This document shows positions 1 to 14,399 of a DNA stretch of 64,000 nt, piece after piece (within the stretch, counting starts at the first letter, position 1; every line of letters starts with the position of its first letter). The notes below the pieces were generated by a model. The model was not told where the DNA came from. It did not search any database and saw nothing but the letters and a program-made list of their open reading frames with translations. A program made the translations under genes and the position numbers. Source of the DNA: Eledone cirrhosa (Eukaryota); NCBI GenBank assembly GCA_964016885.1, contig OZ024741.1:190464001-190528000 (forward strand). The letters are read 5' to 3'.

Positions 1-540
1 ATTTTATATATATGCATCTATCTATTGTATATAGGAATTTCTGATGAGAAGTTTGAAAAGGGAGTTCAATGCAGAAGAAATGTCTCAAGGGACTTCATTT
101 TTAATGTACCAAATTTTCAGTTATCTTGAATTTTACAGATGCATAGCTATACAATGCCTACTGAATGTATAGATATTTATATACATATAACCCATCCTAA
201 TGTAATAAGATAAAAATACTTACAACCATAATTCTTCATATAATCTAATTGATTATATATACAATACTATAACTCATAATATAGGTAAATAAATCTTTTC
301 CCCCAAATTAACATAAATGCTAGCCCTTCCTCCTTTCTCTTCTTTCCTACGCATACAATAACTTATAATTATTTAAATTTTAATAACGTTTTTTCAGCCT
401 TTTTACATAAACCTTATTTGCATACTCATCTTAATAATTTGAAATATCTGACTTTTCTCTTCCCTTCACTTTCCAGGGATAACTTGAACCGTTAAGGTAT
501 ATTATCCTTGGTTATGTCAAAATTTATAAAACACACTTCG

Positions 541-602
541 TATTTTATCTGATGATAGCGTACCAACATTTTTGGTACCCTTGAAATATATATAATAGAA
601 TA
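541..602 (+). ncRNA. Type-I hammerhead ribozyme motif (family A, copy 1)
   Basis: Stem I UAUUUUAU/AUAGAAUA; CUGAUGA; stem II AGCGUACCA/UGGUACCCU; GAAA; palindromic stem III AUAUAUAU; AUA triplet. Confidence 0.75.
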
Positions 603-884
603 AATATGGTTTTATAAATATAGTTTCCATTTATTTAATATCATTGTGTAATAATAAAAAATGTTTTTACATTTGGCACAAGTCCAGCAATTATCCTTGT
701 GCATTACTGGTACTTTATTTTAACAACCACGTAAGGATGAAAGGCAAAGTTAACGTTGGCAGGATTTGAACTCAGACCGTAAAGGGCCAATACACTCAAT
801 ACTGCAAAGCATGGCGTCCGACTCTCTACCGATACTGCCATACGGATCATCAATCAAACTATATATGGTGGTGTCAAATCCAAG

Positions 885-1290
885 GACTGGTGCAGCAGTA
901 TTCTCATAAATTGCTACAAAGGTAAAGGGGATGCTTTGGAGAGGAGCAATTATAGGAGTATAAAGCTGATGGATCAGGTTATGAAAGTGGCAGAGAGAAT
1001 ATTAGTGCAACTGATTAGAGAAAGGGTCAAACTAGATGAGATGCAGTTTGATTTAGTGCCTGGGAAAAGTACAACAGATGCCCTCTTCTTAGTGAGACAA
1101 CTACAAGAGAGGTTCTTAGAGAAGAATAAGCCACTATACTTAGCTTTTGTTGACCTAGAGAAGGCTTTTAATAGAGTACCCCGATCTGTCATGTGGTGGT
1201 CCTTACGGAAACTAGGTGTAGAGGAATGGCTTGTGAGGACAGTGCAAGCTATGCACAGAGGTGCTGTCAGTAAAGTGAGAGTAGGAATGG
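885..1290 (+). mobile_element. RTE LINE RT fragment
   Basis: NYRSIKLMDQVMKVAER...LAFVDLEKAFNRVPR. Confidence 0.9.
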
Positions 1291-1299
1291 ATTGCCTCA

Positions 1300-2440
1300 A
1301 GCTCTGTGGTTAGTTTGATACTATGGGGTGACCACAGCTGGGAGCAATATTCCATTTGTATATGGCATCCAGATCTTGTAAAAGGGCAGAATCAGCTGGG
1401 TTTTTGATTGCTTGTGCTACCTATGTGTCATCAGCATAGCTAGTGAGGGATGTTGTATGTACTACAGAGAGCATGTCTGTGAGAGCCACCAAAAACAGTA
1501 GTGGTCCCAAGACTGTGCCCTGGGGCACCCCACTTGTTATTGATGTTTCCTTTGAGAGGGCTCCATTGGCTGCAACTGTCTGGCTTTTGTCTTTTAAGAA
1601 ATCCTGCAGCCACTCACCTACTTTTCCAGTTATGCTGAGTCTGAGTAGTTTGCGACATATCATTCTGTTGTCTACCTTGTCAAAGGCCTTCGCAAAGTAA
1701 AGATATATTATGTCCACATGTGAGCTGTCTAGCAGTTGTTTCAGTACCCAGTCATAGTGTTGTAGCAAGTGTGTAAGGCAGCTTTTTCCTGGGCGAAAGC
1801 CATGCTGCGTGCTAGTTAGGCGGTCATTTTCCTCAAGGAACGTGATCAGTTTCTTTCTGATGATTTGTTCCATGAACTTACTGACATGTGAGGTCAGGGA
1901 GACTGGCCTGTAGTTTTTGGCCTTCGTTCTGCTTCCTCCTTTATGGATAGGGCATATCGTGCCATCTTTTAGCTCTCTGGGTAGTTTACCGCTAGCCAAG
2001 AAACTTCTAAAGAGGGTCGTCAGTGGTCTTGCTAAGGCACGCCTACATGTTTTTAGGAGGACTGCTGGGAATCCATCAGGTCTGGCAGCTGAGTTTGTTC
2101 TAATTTTGTCTATGGCGGATACCACATCTTCCTCCGTTATGTCTATGTGGTTAATGGTCATTTCTTCATGGAGTGTTGTGGCATCAAAGAAATCCTCTGG
2201 TTTTGTTATTTGCATGTGCCTCAATGGAGGTGTGAACACACTTTTGTACTGTTCATTCAGTATTTTACTTATCCCTTGGGGATCCTAAGTTAATGAACCA
2301 TCTTTATGGAAGAGTGGCCCAATCTTGCAGTGTACCGATGCAGTCCTTTTTGCAAATTTAAAGGCCGTAGGATTTGTTTTAATATTTTCTATGGCCCTGA
2401 TTTCTCTCTCTGCCCTCTTCTTTTCGTGGGACATTTGAGT
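1300..2440 (-). mobile_element. CR1/Jockey-group LINE RT fragment
   Basis: KNYRPVSLTS, QHGFRPGKSC, FAKAFDKVD, GVPQGTVLGPLLFL, YADDT. Confidence 0.88.
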
Positions 2441-2454
2441 GCATACATATATAT

Positions 2455-3225
2455 ATGTACATATGGATTTACCGAACATTTATTATAATACTCGGTTTGT
2501 TTGTAAACAAACATCCCGCATTAAGCCGTACAGTGTTTAGCAACCATCGTTGCCCTTTTGTTCAACACTGACAAAGGAACGATGTACTAGTTTCAAGCTT
2601 ATTAGCTATCGTCAGCACTGTATACCTTCCTGCCAGATGATTAAACATCTGAAAGTATATACTTTCCTTATGCATATTAACGGCTGAGCAGCCTAATTTG
2701 CATATCAAGTGAGTTAATCGGCTGGGCGCACTGATAACGATAAATGGAAAAAATGAAACGAAATTTCATTTCTCACTCTTAGTACGGCTGTTACTTAAAT
2801 ATAAGTATGTATACGTACATACATATATGTATACAGACGTACAGTAGTATGTATATATATACATACATGCACACATATATATATGTACGTATGGATTTAC
2901 CGAACATTTATTATAATGCTCGGTTTGTTTGTAAACAAACATCCCGCATTAAACCGTACAGTGTTTACCAACCATCGTTGCCCTTTTGTTCAACACTGAC
3001 AAAAGAACGATGTACTAGTTTCAAGCTTATTAGCTATCGTTAGCACCGTATACGTTCCTGCCAGTTGATTGAACGTCTGAAAGTATATACTTTTCTTATG
3101 CATATTAACGGCTGAGCAGCCTAATTTGCATATCGAGTGAGTTAATTGGCCGGGCGCACCGAAAACGCTAAATGGAAAAAATGAAACGAAATTTCATTTC
3201 TCCCTCTTAGTACGGCTGTAAAACG
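2455..3225. repeat. Unclassified ~430-bp repeat; two tandem copies here, a third partial copy at ~30270-30640
   Basis: gtatggatttaccgaacatttattataat...tttctcactcttagtacggctgt repeated at high identity. Confidence 0.85.
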
Positions 3226-3339
3226 GTGATGATGATGATATATATATATACATACACACACACACATATATATACACATATATAAATATACACACACACA
3301 TATATATATATACACACACATATACACACAGTATATATA

Positions 3340-5876
3340 CACAATCGCACAACAACATGATTCTAAATAATTTTTCTTTGCAGAAAAGGAAGAAGCAACG
3401 AAAGATGTCGCATCTCAGGGTTGCCACACTTAATGTTGGTACGATGAGAGGTAGATCTGGTGAAATATTGGAGATGGTAGAGAGAAGACGTTGATGTGTG
3501 CTGTGTGCAAGAGGTGAGAAGGAGAGGTGCTTGAGCAAGACTAATCATAGACAAACAGCTTAGCTATAAGCTTTTCTGGGTAGGAAATGATGATGGGTTA
3601 GGTGGGGTAGGCATCTTACTGGCCGAGAGGTGAATCAATAAGACAATAGAGGTAGTTCGAGTCAGTAATAGAATCATTAAGATTAGATTAGTTGTAGGCA
3701 ACAAACTGCTGACAATTATCTTTACCTATGTTCCCCAAACGGGTCTAGGTAAAGAAGAGAAGGACTGCTTTTACGAGCAACTTCAAGAGACAACCACAAT
3801 GACAGAGGACAGAGACCTAGTTATACTAGCAGGTGACTTCAATGGTCATGTTGGACTGCTCCGGGATGGATACACTGGGGTACATAGTGGTCATGGTTAT
3901 GGCTCAAAAAACGAAGGAGTGAGGCTTCTTGAATTTTGCAATGTAAGTGAACTAACCATTTGCAACACTAACTTCAAGAAACCTACCAGCCACCTAATAA
4001 CCTACCCATCAGCCGAGCACATAAGCCAGATTGACTTCTTGCTAGTTAGGCAACGAGACAGACAGATGGTGCCAAATACTAAGTCATACCCCGGGGAAGA
4101 ATGTAACCCCCAACATAAGTTAGTCGTTAGTGACATCTCAATAAGCAAGAGACAAAATAAGACACAGAGGAAGGTGTGGAAAAGGAAGGTATGGACGCTA
4201 AAAGACCTTTCACTAAAATATAAATATAGAAAAGTCCTTCAAGATGTGTATGACGAAAAAGAAGATGAGTTAGGATCGTTTGACATAGATGATAACTGGA
4301 ATTTCTTACGTGACAACTTACTGAAGGCTACTGAAGAAACTTATGGCTGGAGTAGAGCTCCAACCAGACAGAGGGTGACCTGGTGATGGAACGGTAGATA
4401 GGTCCACTAAAGATAAAAGACTAGAATGGAAGGATTGGAAAAATGGTGGGAGTAGAGACTGATACTTAGCCACTAAAAGAGAGGCTAGACGTCAGGTGTA
4501 CTTAGCACGCAGGGAAACTGAGAGTAGGAGGTTTGCCAATGTTCTGCAACGGGAAGATCAGAGACGTGCAGTGTTCCACATTGCAAAGCAGTGTAAATCA
4601 GGATGTTGTTGGAGATAAGTGTGTCCGAAATGTGCTGGTGCACTTAGTGTCACTGATGCTCGGAAAAAGGAAGTCTGAAAATGTAATTATGAGAGACTAA
4701 TGAATGTTGAGAATGAATGGGAGAGAGAGAAACTACCCCCAGTAGACCCGACAGAGGGATCAGCTATTGAGATTAACAACTACAGGGTCCAAGAGGCAAT
4801 TAAGGAAATGAAAAGTGGTAAGGTCGCTGGACCGTCATGGATAGTTGCTGAGATGCTGAAGGCATCAGGAGAAGTAGGAACTAAACTGGTTGCACGCATA
4901 GTCAATCAGGCTATATATGGCAGAGCCATACCCAAAGACTGGTGCAGCAATATTCTCATAAATTGCTACAAAGGTAAAGGGGATGCTTTGGAGGGGAGCA
5001 ATTATAGGGGTATAAACTGATGGATGAGGTTATGAAAGTGGCAGAAAGGATACTAGCGCAACTAATTAGAGAAAGGGTCAAACTAGATGAGATGCAGTTT
5101 GGTTTAGTGCCTGGGAAAAGTACAACAGATGTCCTCTTCTTACTGAGACAACAACAAGAGAGGTTCTTAGAGAAGAATAAGTCACTATACTTAGCTTTTG
5201 TTGACCTAGAAAAGGCCTTTAATAAAGTACCCCGATCTGTCATCTGGTGGTCCCTAAGGAAACTAGGTGTAGAGAAATTTGACAGTAGAAGTCGCATTGA
5301 TAGACAAACTTTCAAATGCAGGTAGGATATATAGAGGTGATTGATAGCTTCTGATACCTAGGTGCTCAGATTAGCAAGGGAGGAGGGTGCACCGAGGCCA
5401 AAGTATGTAGAATAAGTACGGGTTGGAAGAAGTTTAGGGAGCTGCTTCCTCTGTTGACAAAGAAGGTTTCTCCCTATGAACAAAACGCTGGTTATATGAT
5501 ACCTGTGTGAGATGCGCGATGATGCATGATAGTGAGACATGGGCAGCAACTGCAGAGGATATGAGACAGTTGGAGAGAAATGAAGCAAGCATGCTCTGTT
5601 GGATGAGCAATACCAATGTGCGGGAACAACCAAGTATAGACGAGATGAGAGAACAATTGTGTATAAGCGGGATAGGCTGTAGTGTGTGGGAGAGAAGACT
5701 GCGTTGGTATGGACATGTGATGCGCATGGAGGATGACCGCTGGGTAAAGAAGTGCCAAGAAATCCCAGTAGAAGGAAGACGCAGTAGAGGAAGACCATGA
5801 AAATCATTCTGTGCTGAATAGGACCCGTCCCACCCTTGCAAGCATGAAAAAGTGGACGTAAAATGATGATGATGAT
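3340..5876 (+). mobile_element. Degenerate RTE LINE: AP endonuclease, RT with internal deletion near 5275, (GAT)n tail
   Basis: LRVATLNVGTM, LAGDFNGHVG, SQIDFLLVR, LAFVDLEKAF, RRLRWYGHVMRM; tail aagcatg...ggacgtaaaatgatgatgat. Confidence 0.92.
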
Positions 5877-8800
5877 ATATATAAAAAAATATATATATAT
5901 ATATATATACACGCTTATATATGGTGGTTCACCACTGGGTAGAATTGGTCTCTCCTCGAAGTAAACCATGATGTAATATTATGAAAGCACTCAACCGTTT
6001 GCATTCCATCCATCCTTGATGTTGAATCTTGTTGGTGGTATGGGAAAGGAGATCAATTATATTATAGGGTAAAATGACAGGAGGCCTGACAGGTTGTATT
6101 CCTTTAAATGTTATTACTGCAGACACTGCACATTTCAGTAGCCAGGTTACATGTGACCCTGATGACATCATCAGGTGTATAATTGCATAATAGTTAGGAA
6201 GAAACAGAGAAAGAAAAAATAAGAATGAAAAAAAATGTGTTTTTTTGTTTGCCCTGTTCTCATTTGGGCTGATTCCCTCCGAGTGACTACTCATGTTATT
6301 TTCTTATGTGGGCAGGGGTGGCACTGTCCATTGACTACTACTAACCCCCAACTGATAACTTTGGACACCAGCCAAAGAAAAGTGAGGTGTATAGAGTGTT
6401 GGGTTATAGAGAAGGGATTCTACAGGGGTCAATCTGAAGTTAATAATAATACAGGTTGAGAAAAGTTTGAGGGTTTATAACCTAAGGGAAGTTTAGGGTT
6501 AAATAGTTAGGATACTAAAGTTTATTTCAAGAATTAAAGGAATTAAAATTAAGACAGTTGTGAAATAGCTTGCTACCATTATGTCACAATGTTATATAAT
6601 AAAACCCTAATGATGTATCAGTAGCCTTTTATTCTAGGCCATTCTTTTTTGGAATCCATCATCACAACTGACTGTCAATTTCTAGTTGAAAATGGTGAAT
6701 ATATAGCACAAATGATTTTAATTCAATATTTCTCAAGATGTCTGGATAAAATGTTCTGAATCTCTCAGAATACCTGAATTGATGTTTGACAAAAACAAAT
6801 TTAGAGGAATCATTTAAAAATATCATTTAAATGAAAATACATGAATAATCGTTTCTACTTTTGGCACAAGGCCAGCAATTACCCAGTGTATTACTGGTAC
6901 TTTATTTTATCGACCTCGTAAGGATGAAAGGCAAAGTTAACCTCGGCGGGATTTGAACTCAGAAAATACATGAATAATGGCAGTAAAACATATCATCAAG
7001 TAAATGGTACAAAAGTTGTGTTAGAACAATTAAAAAGCTTTATACCAAACCGATAAGTAACCAGCACCAGATTAATCTAATTGGGAAATTATTTATATTT
7101 TAATTAATCTAATTAGTTATCGAGGAATTATAAGTTAATTGCAAAAAATAAAAAAAGAATATGTAAATATATATTTTAACTATTTTTTAAACTTTAAAAT
7201 GTTCAAAGATATTAAAATAAAGTTATCTAAGAAATTGTCCAAGGTATCCAGTTAATGTATAGCATAAAGAGAGAGGCTGATGTTTTGTTAACTTTAGAAG
7301 CAACTAGAAGAAGGAATTGTAGAGACAGATGGAACATGTAGAGACAGATGTCACACCCAGAGAAATGATGCACAACTACTGTTTCTGTCTATCAGTCATT
7401 ACCCAATATTACATGGGTCATTTAACACAGAATTATTCTTCATGAAAAGTTGGCTAGCTGGCTAGTTATATCAAACAATTTAGTCTAAAACAATGAGTTT
7501 GGCAGGACAACTGATAGATGGCCAAATGATTTAGATTACTGTGGTGAAAATTTATAAAGGCAAACTTAAGTTTTCTATTCCCAACAAAGAAAGTAGAACC
7601 AATAAAAGGTTAGACTACATTATGAAGTCTTACACAATATTCCAGGATGACACTTGTTGCTTCTTTTTAAACTTTTAACTAACTTCTTTAAATGAAGTGT
7701 TATCTACAATGTAGACTAAACGGAGGTGATCCTATTAGTAAAGTCTCATTCTTAGTGATTTAGTTACTTAACTTGCAAACCAAACAGTGTAGGTTTGACT
7801 CTTAGTGAAATTTAGAGTATAAAATGGACTGGACAAACACAATGAGATTACAATAATAGAATTCTCAAAAGTTCACAAAGGTTATATACCCCTTTTGTAT
7901 GATTGTATAGTTAATAAAATGACATATCTAATGATGTTAAGATATTAGTAATTTTGTGGCACACATGATGAGTTCACAGACCCAGTGGGATATACATTAT
8001 ACAGTGCTGATCAGTTGACACACTCAGTGATATTCACACTACACAGTGTTGTGGCCCTGATGACTTAAACCAACCAAAACACAAAGAGGTTACAGTAATA
8101 GGGCTTCTTCACAAAATATATGAAGGCAACGGTTAATTTGAATTTGAATGATGGTCATTACATACAGCTGCCACTGCCATGTTATGTCAAAGGTCAATTC
8201 ATAAAGAGATAAATATGTATAGAGAATATATCTCTAAAATATTTCTTGAAATTTGAAAATTTTATGGGAGGTAATGAAGGAATTAGACAAACTTGTTCAT
8301 CTAAACTAAAAACTGCATTTTATGAGAGAGATGGCAGTACAACAGGAGAGAAACTTTGCAGAGAAATGACAGAGCTGACAGGAAGTGCAACAATTACATG
8401 CAAAAATGGGGTGAGGATGATTAGAATACAAGAAATGAGAGATAAAGGTAATAAAGAGATAACAGAAATGACCATGAAGACTAAGAAGAGAAGGGGGTAA
8501 TACTGATGAGGAAGTTCAGCATATTTACTGGAACAGCCATTAATTCCATTGTATTTGTCTCCAAAGACAGACAGACAAAAATAGATAGATGGACAGACAG
8601 AGTGCGGAGAAGAATTACAAGCATACAACAACTGAGCTTGGACAAGAATGGCAGTAAATGTGCTAGCAAATGAAAAAGAAAAAAAAAAAAAAAACACTCA
8701 AAGACAAAGACAAAAAAAAAATCTACAAAGAGATAGAGACAGGTATATGGGTCTTACGTGCTGACATTCTGGGCTCTGATGTTCAGAAATGAGAGAAAAA

Positions 8801-8902
8801 AATATATAGATATATTTATTTATTGATAACATTTTTTAAATGGCATTGGCAAAATGCCGTATGAACATTAAAACAAATGTTTAAGTTTACACATAATGCA
8901 AC

Positions 8903-8906
<4 letters not shown>

Positions 8907-8984
<78 letters not shown>
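8907..8984. repeat. (TA)n microsatellite; similar TA/CA/GA tracts at ~11938, 26705-26910, 27820-28140, 31499, 43905, 53626-53732, 61076-61131
   Basis: Direct reading. Confidence 0.98.
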
Positions 8985-8987
<3 letters not shown>

Positions 8988-9542
8988 AAATGACTTTGTT
9001 AATGACTCAATAATGTGAAAATTAGTTATTAGGATATTTATCTTATTTTAAAACATTTTTATCTCAATAAAAAGGACCAAGATTAGCAAAAACATTGAAT
9101 GGAAACAAGTTGGAAAAAATGTGTAGATTTCTGAAGAAATATAATAAATCATAAGGAGATAGTATAGACATCAGATTTATGGAGAAAAAATACTAAATGT
9201 CAATATCATCATCATCATCATCATAATATTCTTCACAAATCTAGAAGATTTTTAATATGTTGTGAAAACTTTCAATTTCATCATTCAATTTAAAATTCTA
9301 CTCAGACCAAGTTTGCTTCATATTTTATTGAACCAGAATAAATTTTTGAGAAGGCTGTAAGAACCAATCAAAGAAATAGAAAACTACATTTTTGGAGAGT
9401 TTAACAAGAAGAAATTGCTCCATATGTTAGTCGGTACATAATGTTGATATCTTCTTTAATTCCTTTTGTTCCTCATATATGAAAGATCTCACTGTCTCGT
9501 TGAAAATAAATGAGATGATTTACAGAAACATTATTTCAATCT

Positions 9543-10878
9543 TGATATATCAACAAGGTCTCTCCCAGTTATATACTATGTAATAGTGTCTGTTGATATA
9601 ACAAGGTCTCTACCAACTATATACTATGTAATAGTGTCTGTTGATATATCAACAAGGTCTCTCCCAGTTATATACTATGTAATAGTGTCTGTTGATATAA
9701 CAACAAGGTCTCTACCAGCTATATACTATGTAATAGTGTCTGTTGATATATCAACAAGGTCTCTCCCAGTTATATACTATGTAATAATGTCTGTTGATAT
9801 AACAAGGTCTCTCCCAGTTATATACTATGTAATAGTGTCTGTTGATATAACAACAAGGTCTCTACCAGCTATATACTATGTAATAGTGTCTGTTGATATA
9901 TCAACAAGGTCTCTCCCAGTTATATACTATGTAATAATGTCTGTTGATATAACAAGGTCTCTCCCAGTTATATACTATGTAATAGTGTCTGTTGATATAA
10001 CAAGGTCTCTCCCAGTTATATACTATGTAATAGTATCTGTTGATATAACAAGGTCTCTCCCAGTTATATACTATGTAATAGTGTCTGTTGATATATCAAC
10101 AGGGTCTCTACCAGCTATATACTATGTAATAGTGTCTGTTGATATAGTAACAGGGTCTCTTCCAACTATATACTATGTAATAGTGTCTGTTGATATAACA
10201 ACAAGGTCTCTACCAGCTATATACTATGTAATAGTGTCTGTTGATATAACAACAAGGTCTCTACCAGCTATATACTATGTAATAGTGTCTGTTGATATAA
10301 CAACAAGGTCTCTACCAGCTATATACTATGTAATAGTGTCTGTTGATATAACAACAAGGTCTCTACCAACTATATACTATGTAATAGTGTCTGTTGATAT
10401 AACAAGGTCTCTACCAACTATATACTATGTAATAGTGTCTGTTGATATAACAAGGTCTCTACCAACTATATACTATGTAATAATTGTTTCTATTTTAGGC
10501 ACAAGGCCAGCAATTACCCAGTACTTTACTGGTACTTTATTTTATCGATCCCGTAAGGATGAAAGGCAAAGTTAACCTCGGCGGGATATATACTATGTAA
10601 TAATGTTGGTTGATATAGTAACAGGGTCTCTTCCAACTATATACTATGTAATATTGTCTGTTGATATAGCAACAGGGTCTCTTCCAGCTATATACTATGT
10701 AATAATGTCTGTTGATATAGTAACAGGGTCTCTTCCAGCTATATACTATGTAATAGTGTATGTTGATATAGTAACAGGGTCTCTTCCAGCTATATACTAT
10801 GTAATAATGTCTGTTGATATAGTAACAGGGTCTCTTCCAGCTATAAACTATGTAATAATGTCTGTTGATATAACAACA
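9543..10878. repeat. Minisatellite of 48/51-bp units (~25 copies), interrupted by a SINE at ~10481-10586
   Basis: Unit gtaatagtgtctgttgatata(aca/tca)acaaggtctctaccagctatatactat. Confidence 0.97.
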
Positions 10879-11934
10879 ATATTTATATTTATACCAGGGT
10901 TTTGATCACAAACCATCATGGATGTCTTATTCTTGGATAACAAGATGGCCATTAGCTAGAAATTACTAGCTTCAGTTGAGAAACAAAGGTTCCTAGATTG
11001 AATTCAATCAGTAATTATATAGAAATCAATGAATAAGATGCCCAATGATAATTAAATCGATAAAAATGTAAAAATAAGTAAATAGTCTGAAATATTATAA
11101 ACCATAATAACTCATATCTGATATTTAAGGAAAATATCTTATCTGAAAACATGCACAACACACATGTGCTCATTTACATGTAATCTTGTTTAGTAACAAT
11201 AAATACCAGGACTTGACTTTTTTTTTTGCCAATCACTGTTGTGACATTTGGTGTCTTAGGTCTCTGAACTGCCATTTTCTGCAAAATTGAGAGAAGTGCA
11301 TCCTGTCTGGTGGAGTTGCTGATACAGCAGGTGTTGCTAGATGTTCTCTGTGGTGCACAGTTGCAATATACTATCTAGACTGGAGTGTAGAGTCTGTCAC
11401 TCCCTTCCTCTTACTTTCATTATTTAATTAAAATAATTTTTTTTTAATTGCAAACATTTTATAGGTGAATATCTGATAGTATCAACTATTAAACCACACA
11501 CACATATGCATATTCACATATAATTGTGTTTGATAAAATACCGAAACAAGGAGAGACATTGCCCATGACTTGTGTCACTTTTTCTACACAAGTGTTCTTG
11601 CTAAATATCTGACGTGCACGTTAAATACTTTTGATGACTTTTAGTTGAGACAGAATTTCAATGATTGATTTAACCCTAATCATACTAAACTACTTTTAAT
11701 TCTAAGATACAACACTGTTTTAAAGTGTTTATATTTATCTAAAAACTTCCTCTCATAATTTTATGCAAAAACCTTTGTTATGTTCCAAACATCAACTTAA
11801 TAATGAGAAAATTATATTACTTCAAATTTTGAATTATCTTCAAAATGATTTGAATATCATAAGTAGTATCTTTCATTAGAAACATGATAGTGAAAAAATT
11901 AAAGATATAGTTAAAAGATAGATAGTATATGTGA

Positions 11935-11988
<54 letters not shown>

Positions 11989-12788
11989 TGTGTGTGTGTA
12001 TGTGTGTATTTAAGGGAAACAACTGTTTATCATAAAACTCAACTTTATAAGATGACTGCCCTAACCAACACATTTATCATCGCCATCATCATAGAAGGTG
12101 GCCATACTGGGACACCACCTTCAAGAGTATAGTCAATAATAGCAATCCTTAAAACCTGACTGTTACTTTCATCATCTTTTAATGTTAAAAAAAAGTTAGT
12201 GACAAAGTTATATTAAATATATTGGTGGCTCACACAGATTCAGTCTACCTAAATGTAAACAGGTACCACACCAATGTACTCTTCGCAGCTACAATAGGTA
12301 TGCTATTAAATTAACCGGTTCAAGTGTAATATGGAAATGGCTGAACTCCACAACACAGCCTAATGTTGTTAGATCTGTCTTATGTTGACCTCTAAAATGT
12401 TATTGTTTAGCACCAAGTCAGTCCTGATCAAAAACGTTCCAGCTATGACCACCCAATTATTTTGTATTTTCCAATGTGTCCTTACATTTTTAATATTGTA
12501 GGGTGTGATTTGAGGAAGATTTGGCTGCTATTTCTATGGCTCGTCAATATAAAGTGTTAATGATACTCGGGGGGTGTGATAGACTATGTGAATGAGGAAG
12601 AAGATAAAAAATAAGAGGAGTAGATGAATAGACAGATAAATAGATAGACAGATACGTAGATAGACAGACAGACAGATAGGTAGATATAGATAGATAAATA
12701 TATAGTTATAGATAGGTAGATATAGATAGATAAATACATAGTTATAGATATAAACATAGACAGATACAGAAAAAGGTATATTACTTAC

Positions 12789-12882
12789 TCTGCAGTTTAC
12801 GACATAATTCCCTCATTGTGTCTGGTTTGTCAAAACTAGTTCGAAGAAGTTGTAAAGTTTCCTTATTGGCAATAACAAGTTT
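12789..12882 (-). CDS. NCKAP1: NCKAP1/Hem exon: KLVIANKETLQLLRTSFDKPDTMRELCRKLQ
   Basis: 94 nt; acceptor gtatag, donor gtaagt; no further exon found in 1-12788. Confidence 0.94.
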
Positions 12883-13234
12883 CTATACACAGGCAGACAG
12901 AAAAAGAAAAAAGAAATGAAGGCTATATTAAAAATAACGACAACATCAAGCATTTTAAGATCAATTTCCTTGCTGGAGCAGGGGTTAGCCTAACAGGTTC
13001 CTTAAGCTTCTCCATTTTGCCCTCCCATCGCCAACTCCCTGGCTTTTATTTCCTCTTCCATCATCTTTAGCCATGTTTTTTAGGTCTTCCCATTCCTCTA
13101 CTTCTTTCCACATTCACTTATATATGACACATTTACCCCGCCATACACACATGCATGCATACACATATACATACACCAAGAAAGGATGTCTTCGCATGCA
13201 TACATACATATACACACACACACATACATACATC

Positions 13235-13900
13235 AGGAAAGGAAGTCTTCATATGTATTAGATGCACAAAGGTAATTGATGGGAAGAGTGTCAAAGATAT
13301 AAACCTTTTCCCATCACATGAAGGCTCCATAGAAGTAATGATCTAATTAACAGTGGAGGAAGGTGCTCTAGCAGCATAATAGCTAGAATATGGCTAGGAT
13401 AGAAGAAGTTTAGGTTTGTCCCTACAAACAAAAAGACGACTGTATGACACTTGTATGCAAAGTGCGATGCTGCATGGTAATGAAAAATGGGCAGTAACTG
13501 AAGAGGACATGCATAGGGTGGAGAGAAATTAAGCAACCATGCTTCGATGGATGTGCAATGTAAATGTGTGAGAATGGCAGGACTTGGATGTACTGAGAGA
13601 GAAACAGGGTTTACGAGGAACCAGAAGTAATGTGCAAAAAAGGAGACTGCATTGGTATGGGCATGTGATGTGAATGGATGATGATTGCTGGTTGAAGAAG
13701 TGCCAGGATATCTCAATGGAAGGAAGTTGAAGTAGAAGTAGACCACGGAAGACCTGGGCGGAGCTGGTGAGAGCTGATCTCAAATTTCTGAGACTCATAG
13801 AAGAGGTAACAAAGGAACACAATGAATGGAGAGATGCTATGCTGATAAGGACCTATCCAATGCATGCAAGCTAGGAAAAATGGATGTATAAAGGATGATA
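13235..13900 (+). mobile_element. RTE 3' fragment
   Basis: Homologous to the C-terminal RTE region (WYGHV...RPRKT) plus tail. Confidence 0.85.
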
Positions 13901-14399
13901 ACATATATATATCTGCTACTGTCCTTTGTAAAGAAAGATTATGACTACAGGGAAGATGTGAACTTTGCAAGCCATAGTGAAGGCACACGTCTAGGAGGGC
14001 AGTGATTTCAATTGAAAATGACTACACGGGGAGGACATGGACTACATTGGCTGTAGTGAAGGCAACCCGCCTAGGAGAGTAGACACTCCAAATGAAAACT
14101 GATACATGGTGGAGAAGACTCTTGAGTCCAGTAAGACAACCTCTCTACTGCTGATGGCATGAATATCGTACCCAGCCTTTGCTGTAAAGTGGTTGGTGAT
14201 AGGAAGGGCATCCAGCCAGAAAAACCCTGCCAAAAATATGGAAAGCACAACATATAGAATTCACACTAATTGTGTATTCAGGGCTAACACAAGTCATGTT
14301 AGTGCTGCACGTGATAGTGGGGTGACTGGAGTAGCCATGTGCAAGAACCCCTCAACCATCATCAAGCAATTGCACACAGCCCTTTTCCCTTTCAGGTAC

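Noticed and set aside
41-60. CTGATGA...GAAA at the window start; similar hits near 8058, 8503, 39463, 43620 and 49381
   Set aside because: No supporting stems I-III.
200-260. Further NCKAP1 exon ending at the gtaagt near 218-223 (minus)
   Set aside because: No resemblance to the expected VDSVLxRMTIIG segment, stops in the frame examined, and it appears to lie in a repeat.
8246-8697. Short ORFs on both strands
   Set aside because: Low-complexity purine-rich intron sequence with no recognisable domain.
9543-10878. CRISPR-like array
   Set aside because: Head-to-tail repeats with no unique spacers, eukaryotic context, no cas genes.
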